Shown: piece by piece, positions 63,664 through 64,000 of the stretch
Position numbering within the stretch: the stretch's first letter is position 1
Layout: each line of letters opens with the position of its first letter
Assembly: GCA_951406725.2 (NCBI GenBank)
Contig: OX597823.1
Location: 42,408,001-42,472,000 of the forward strand
Direction: 5' to 3'
Source: Octopus vulgaris
Taxonomy: Eukaryota
DNA: 64,000 nt
The notes under the pieces: model-generated
The model's input: the letters and a program-made list of their open reading frames with translations, nothing else
What the model was told of the DNA's origin: nothing
Database searches by the model: none
Program-made: the position numbers and the translations under genes

Positions 63664-64000
63664 CTTCATATTTAACAAATATAAAGATTAACTAATGTAT
63701 GATATAATTAATGAAGTACATTATTTCGTGATGTGCAAACTGATACCATGAGTTTACTGTAACATATATTCATTAGGTTATTTTTGTATTATCTGAAATA
63801 GAATTACCGCAGATTGGTTAATCCCCCAAAATTGAATATTGACTTTTATCAGATACTTTGTATATTTATAGATAAATATATAAATATATAATAAATAGGA
63901 CCCTAAAGTACAATATGTAGATGCATATAATGCTGTAGGGTTACACCTGATTGATTTGGAAATTTGTTTTCCCAAATTATTTATATCATATATAAATATA

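Overview
AT-rich, microsatellite-laden animal DNA. The SINE/LINE repertoire strongly suggests an octopus (coleoid cephalopod) intron or intergenic region. No host protein-coding exon can be confidently called, and most listed ORFs are microsatellite or antisense artefacts. The window is a mosaic of transposable elements. (1) A ~5 kb GC-rich AcademX-type DNA transposon (DDE transposase fused to an XPG/FEN1-like nuclease) with ~440 bp inverted repeats at ~2.5-7.6 kb. (2) Two maT/DD37D elements, one interrupted by a young CR1 LINE. (3) Remnants of mariner, hAT, piggyBac, Helitron/Helentron, RTE, R4-like, L1-like and Penelope-like elements, plus many tRNA-derived SINEs and foldback elements. The least obvious signal is a set of hammerhead-ribozyme motifs of the Penelope/retrozyme type with palindromic stem III. 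Two are nearly intact with very long stem II insertions (8050-8149, 63532-63663), one sits in the 3' region of a GIY-YIG Penelope remnant (14121-14162), and three lie in short ~200 nt microsatellite-flanked elements. All calls were made by eye and boundaries are approximate.
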